Of a DNA stretch of 20,330 nt, positions 17,134 through 20,330 are shown in pieces (the stretch's first letter is position 1; each line of letters opens with the position of its first letter). Origin of the DNA: Pedobacter sp. Its GTDB lineage: Bacteria; Desulfobacterota; Desulfuromonadia; Desulfuromonadales; Syntrophotaleaceae. The DNA lies in the NCBI GenBank assembly GCA_050253415.1, contig JBFWJC010000013.1:1-20330 (forward strand). Direction: 5' to 3'. The translations under genes were made by a program, and so were the position numbers. Below the pieces are notes generated by a model. The model had not been told where the DNA came from. It saw only the letters and a list, made by a program, of their open reading frames with translations, and did no database searches.

Positions 17134-18510
17134 ATGGCCATGAACGAATCGCCTCCCAAAATTTCAAAGTTCAGTATCGATGCTGATCCACTCGATTTCT
17201 CTCCACCGCTGGTCCGCCTGCAGGAGTCTCCACCCAACCCGTTGGGACGGAAAGTCTTGTGGACTCTGCTGATTCTGGTTGCCGCCCTCCTGGCCTGGGC
17301 TCTTTTGGGGCGGCTCGACATTGTCGCCGTCGCCGAAGGCAAGTTGGTGCCGCAAAGCTACGTCAAAATTGTGCAACCGGCGGAAGCCGGCATCGTCAAA
17401 GAGATTTTGGTAAGCGAAGGGGAGGCTGTTCGTGCCGGTCAGGTACTGATGCGCATGGATGCCCTGATCACCGAGGCGGATGCTAGGTCCCTTGGGCTGG
17501 AACTGGAACGTAAGCTCATGACGTTGCGTCGGATCGATGCGGAACTTTCCGGAAAGTATTTTGATGTGGCTGCGTCTGATCCTCCTGGTCTTGCCCGCGA
17601 AATCGCGCAACAGTACAGCGCCAACCGAGCGGCTCTGGACGCGGCTCTGGCAGAAGAGCGCTCCCGACTGCTCAAGGCGAAGCATGAACTTTCAGCGGCG
17701 GAGCAGGTGAAACAGAAGCTGGCTGAGACCCTTCCGCATTACCTGAAACAGGAAAAAGCTTTCGAGGAACTCGCCAAAAGCGGTTTTGTTTCCTCGTTGG
17801 AGATCAGCGATAAAAGGCGAGAGCGCATTGAAAAAGAAGAAGATTTGCGAATTCAGGAGCAAGTCATCGAATCAGCGCGGGCAAGTATCGAGCAATCGGA
17901 AAAAAAACTTGTCCAGATTGAGACCGATTATCGGCGAAATCTCCACGTAGAACGTAATGATATTCAGGGTCAGGTCGATAAGCTCACCCAAGAGGTTGCA
18001 AAGCAGTCCCACCGCAATGAACTCATGGAGCTAAAGGCATCACAGGACAGCATCGTCAAAGATATCGCTACCCATACCGCCGGGACAGTCGTGCAACCCG
18101 GCACAGTTCTTCTTACCCTGGTGCCCAAGGAAGAAAAAATGCGTGCCGAGGTTTGGGTCTCCAACGATGACATCGGCTTTGTTCGGCAGGGACAATCCGT
18201 GAAACTCAAGATAGCTGCCTTCCCGTTTCAGAAATATGGGATGATTGAAGGAACCGTCACTCATGTGAGCGCGGATGCGGCAGACGATGCCATGGGAGCG
18301 TCAAACGATCCGAGGGAAAGTGGGCAACCTCTGGTATATCGGGCCCTCGTGGGGCTGAAATCCATGCACCTGGAAACAGACGGGAGACGCTTCCCTCTTA
18401 CGGCCGGCATGCAGACCCATGCGGAAATTCATTTAGGCAGTCGTACGGTGATGGAGTACCTGCTGTCGCCCGTCAGAAAGGCGTGGCACGAGGCGGGTCG
18501 GGAAAGATAG
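17134..18510 (+). CDS. hlyD: HlyD-family type I secretion periplasmic adaptor
   Basis: N-terminal TM, LDIVAVAEGKLVP, VKEILVSEGEAVRAGQVL, a coiled coil, AFPFQKYGMIEG, GMQTHAEIHLGSRTVMEYLLSP, and a terminal GRER. The start could be 17140. Confidence 0.95.
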   Translation: MAMNESPPKISKFSIDADPLDFSPPLVRLQESPPNPLGRKVLWTLLILVAALLAWALLGRLDIVAVAEGKLVPQSYVKIVQPAEAGIVKEILVSEGEAVRAGQVLMRMDALITEADARSLGLELERKLMTLRRIDAELSGKYFDVAASDPPGLAREIAQQYSANRAALDAALAEERSRLLKAKHELSAAEQVKQKLAETLPHYLKQEKAFEELAKSGFVSSLEISDKRRERIEKEEDLRIQEQVIESARASIEQSEKKLVQIETDYRRNLHVERNDIQGQVDKLTQEVAKQSHRNELMELKASQDSIVKDIATHTAGTVVQPGTVLLTLVPKEEKMRAEVWVSNDDIGFVRQGQSVKLKIAAFPFQKYGMIEGTVTHVSADAADDAMGASNDPRESGQPLVYRALVGLKSMHLETDGRRFPLTAGMQTHAEIHLGSRTVMEYLLSPVRKAWHEAGRER

Positions 18511-18517
18511 GCGCTCG

Positions 18518-19027
18518 CTAAGCGCCAATGGCTTCCACCGCTGCAGCCAGCGTGGCCAGCGGCAAAAAGAGGGCGAGTGGATGGTCGGGCAGGGCGACGA
18601 AGCCATACTGCTCATAATATGCGCGGGCGCCCTGGTTCTTCGCATCCACGAAAAAGCCGATGATCCCGATGTTCTCCGCAACGTACAAAGTGCGCCGCAT
18701 GGCATCGACCATCATGAGGCCACCGAATCCTCGGCGCTGGCGATCCCTCGCCACCGCCAATCGAGCCAGTTTGGCAGCAGGCGCCTTGCGCGGGTATTTT
18801 CTTGCGTATTCGGGTGGCAGTTCCACTGCCACGACTTCGCAGCTCGTCAGGGTGAAAAAGCCCAGGATCTCCTCCGGTTCAGCTGAGTCGACCAGGACGA
18901 AGGTGCGCGCGATCCCTTTGTCGTTGTGCTGACGAGCGGTCCTTTTGAGATAGTCGTCCAAGTCCCCCTCGCCGCAGGTAAAGCCTTCCCGGTTGTGTCC
19001 CCGCGAAAGAAGTTCGATGCGAAGCAT
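18518..19027 (-). CDS. GNAT acetyltransferase toxin (AtaT/TacT-like)
   Basis: HNREGFTCG..LDDYLK, PAAKLARLAV..QRRGFGG (acetyl-CoA motif), VDAKN..ARAYYEQYGF. Its ATG abuts the antitoxin stop (TAAATG). Confidence 0.92.
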   Translation of the reverse strand: MLRIELLSRGHNREGFTCGEGDLDDYLKRTARQHNDKGIARTFVLVDSAEPEEILGFFTLTSCEVVAVELPPEYARKYPRKAPAAKLARLAVARDRQRRGFGGLMMVDAMRRTLYVAENIGIIGFFVDAKNQGARAYYEQYGFVALPDHPLALFLPLATLAAAVEAIGA

Positions 19028-19297
19028 TTAGAGTCGCTCCTTATGAGTGCGGAAGGCCGCCAGCAATTTCTCGTTCGGCGCTGGCGGGTTCTCAATCGCG
19101 TCGAAAAACCGTCTTGCTGCTTCCGCGTCCAAGCGAATAAGGCTCTCCTCTTCGATCACTGTCCGCGCTCGATCGAGTGCAGATTGAACCAGAAATTGAT
19201 TCATCGTCGCACCGCACAACTCGGCCGCGCGGGTAAGAGTCTCGTAAACGTGCTCGGGCACTCGTGCTGAAATACGTGTTTCGACTTTTGCAGCCAT
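19028..19297 (-). CDS. DUF1778 ribbon-helix-helix antitoxin (89 aa)
   Basis: GGAGG RBS before ATG19297. RISARV..LTRAAEL.G.TMNQFLVQSALDRA..IRLD...FFDAIENPPAPNEKL is typical of DUF1778. Confidence 0.92.
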   Translation of the reverse strand: MAAKVETRISARVPEHVYETLTRAAELCGATMNQFLVQSALDRARTVIEEESLIRLDAEAARRFFDAIENPPAPNEKLLAAFRTHKERL

Positions 19298-19329
19298 GTC
19301 ATCCTCCATGTATGGGCTAATTTGCTGTA

Positions 19330-19358
19330 AGGTTAACATGGTGGTGCCAAAATGGCAA
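19330..19358 (-). promoter_or_regulatory. TA operon promoter with an overlapping palindromic operator
   Basis: Minus strand TTGCCA, 17 bp, TAACCT (TG-extended). Dyad TGCCA-aaa-TGGCA at 19345-19357 overlaps the -35. Confidence 0.6.
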
Positions 19359-19652
19359 CAAGGTGGGTCTGTTTTGGCGTCGTTCGTTTTCGGCCCCCTC
19401 ATGTCCGAAATGAATCGCCGTAAGCTTAGACACAGAGCCCCATCCTCAGCGCCTAGTTTGGTGGCTTTACGATTACCAGGTTTTGTCCGTTCCAAAGGTC
19501 AATCGTTCGATAGTTTTAAAAATTAGAAAAAAACCAAAAAAATTGAATTTTAGAAAACTAATGTAAAAAGGTAACGCCTAAAATACTTTTAAAATGTTGT
19601 TTTCTGGTATGTTAAGGCGTTTTATCTAATTTTATGTTTTTTGTAAAAATTA

Positions 19653-19696
19653 GCCTCCGGCGCCAATCACAAGTTCGAATCTTGTATCGCGCGCCA
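19653..19696 (+). other. att-like tRNA 3'-end remnants (tRNA-Val-like 19667-19696; possible tRNA-Leu-like 19653-19665)
   Basis: T-arm ACAAG-TTCGAAT-CTTGT, acceptor strand ATCGCGC and GCCA, with no 5' half upstream. It is preceded by GCCTCCGGCGCCA. Confidence 0.75.
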
Positions 19697-19704
19697 ATAA
19701 AAAC

Positions 19705-19737
19705 AAAGGCTTACGGTTTCCACCGTAGCCCTTTTTT
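19705..19737 (+). terminator. Terminator-like hairpin after the tRNA remnant
   Basis: aaaggcttacgg-tttcca-ccgtagccc followed by T6; imperfect stem. Confidence 0.5.
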
Positions 19738-20209
19738 GCGTCTGTGACGTTTTTGTGACGTCACAGTGACAGTAAAAACTCGATTTTGACCCTTGGCTTG
19801 GGTTTTTGGAGATTTTCGGCCAGCCAAAGGTCAGTGAAAAAATGACCCTTGGCTCACTGGATATCTAGAGTGTATGTATTCCGCAAGCTCTCTTGCTCTA
19901 TTTTTTTCCCGCTCGGGATGGCGCTGTGCAGGGATGAGCCATTGCGGGAGAGGGCGGGGAAGCTGATGAGGGAGTTGGGGGTGACAGGTGTGTAGCTCCG
20001 ACACCGATGAGGATTGCAAAGTTTTCTGAGCCGGTGAAATGGGGTTCTTGGGTGAGTATTTTGTTCGCAGAAATGATAACGGTCAGTTGTCGGTGAAAAC
20101 TGTTCGATTTCTTACTGGAGAGAAAAATGGATTGGAATAAAAAAAAGAAACACGCTGATCGCGAGGTTGAATCAGCTCCAGAGTCAAATGATCGTGTGGA
20201 AAACTCTAG

Positions 20210-20330
20210 CAGGCCGTTGAAAAACTATACGGGAGTCGGCCTATTACTCCCTTGAGCACTTTTTTTGATCTTTGATAACCTTTGTTCCGCTGATTTCGGG
20301 TCGTTAGACCCCGTTTTGGGGCTCCCTTTC
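20210..20330. mobile_element. Probable end of an insertion sequence (IS5/IS1182-like), continuing beyond the window
   Basis: CTAG (20206-20209) immediately followed by CAGGCCGTTGAAAAA, a terminus pattern I recall from CTAG-targeting IS. No transposase is visible. Confidence 0.5.

Noticed and set aside
19298..19495. N-terminal extension of the antitoxin ORF (155 aa)
   Set aside because: The GGAGG RBS and promoter support the start at 19297, and 89 aa fits DUF1778.
19667..19696. Intact tRNA gene
   Set aside because: Only the T-arm and acceptor 3' strand are present; there is no D-arm, anticodon arm or 5' acceptor strand.

Overview
An accessory, mosaic genomic-island segment with alternating AT-rich and GC-rich blocks. 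From left to right: two AT-rich hypothetical genes, a DUF3232-like gene, and a 5'-truncated AAA+ ATPase that is cut exactly at the left end of an HUH/Y1 (RAYT-like) transposase. The transposase carries a C-terminal HTH and is bracketed by 25-bp inverted repeats with tandemly duplicated tips. Directly after the right repeat is an AT-rich block: a 4-TM membrane gene plus the first ~230 codons of a 4014-aa RTX protein. The composition switches to GC-rich right at an Asp-Pro FrpC-type self-processing module (D234/P235). Then come ~27 Ca-binding RTX modules, VCBS/cadherin-like domains, a hairpin, hlyD (no hlyB or tolC in the window), a DUF1778-GNAT toxin-antitoxin pair, two stacked tRNA 3'-end remnants (att-like), and a probable IS end at a CTAG target. 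The best candidate for an undescribed system is a T1SS-secreted, self-cleaving polymorphic toxin whose immunity plus N-terminal toxin cassette is exchangeable and is bounded on the left by the HUH transposase end. That interpretation is inference from the sequence; no database searches were run.
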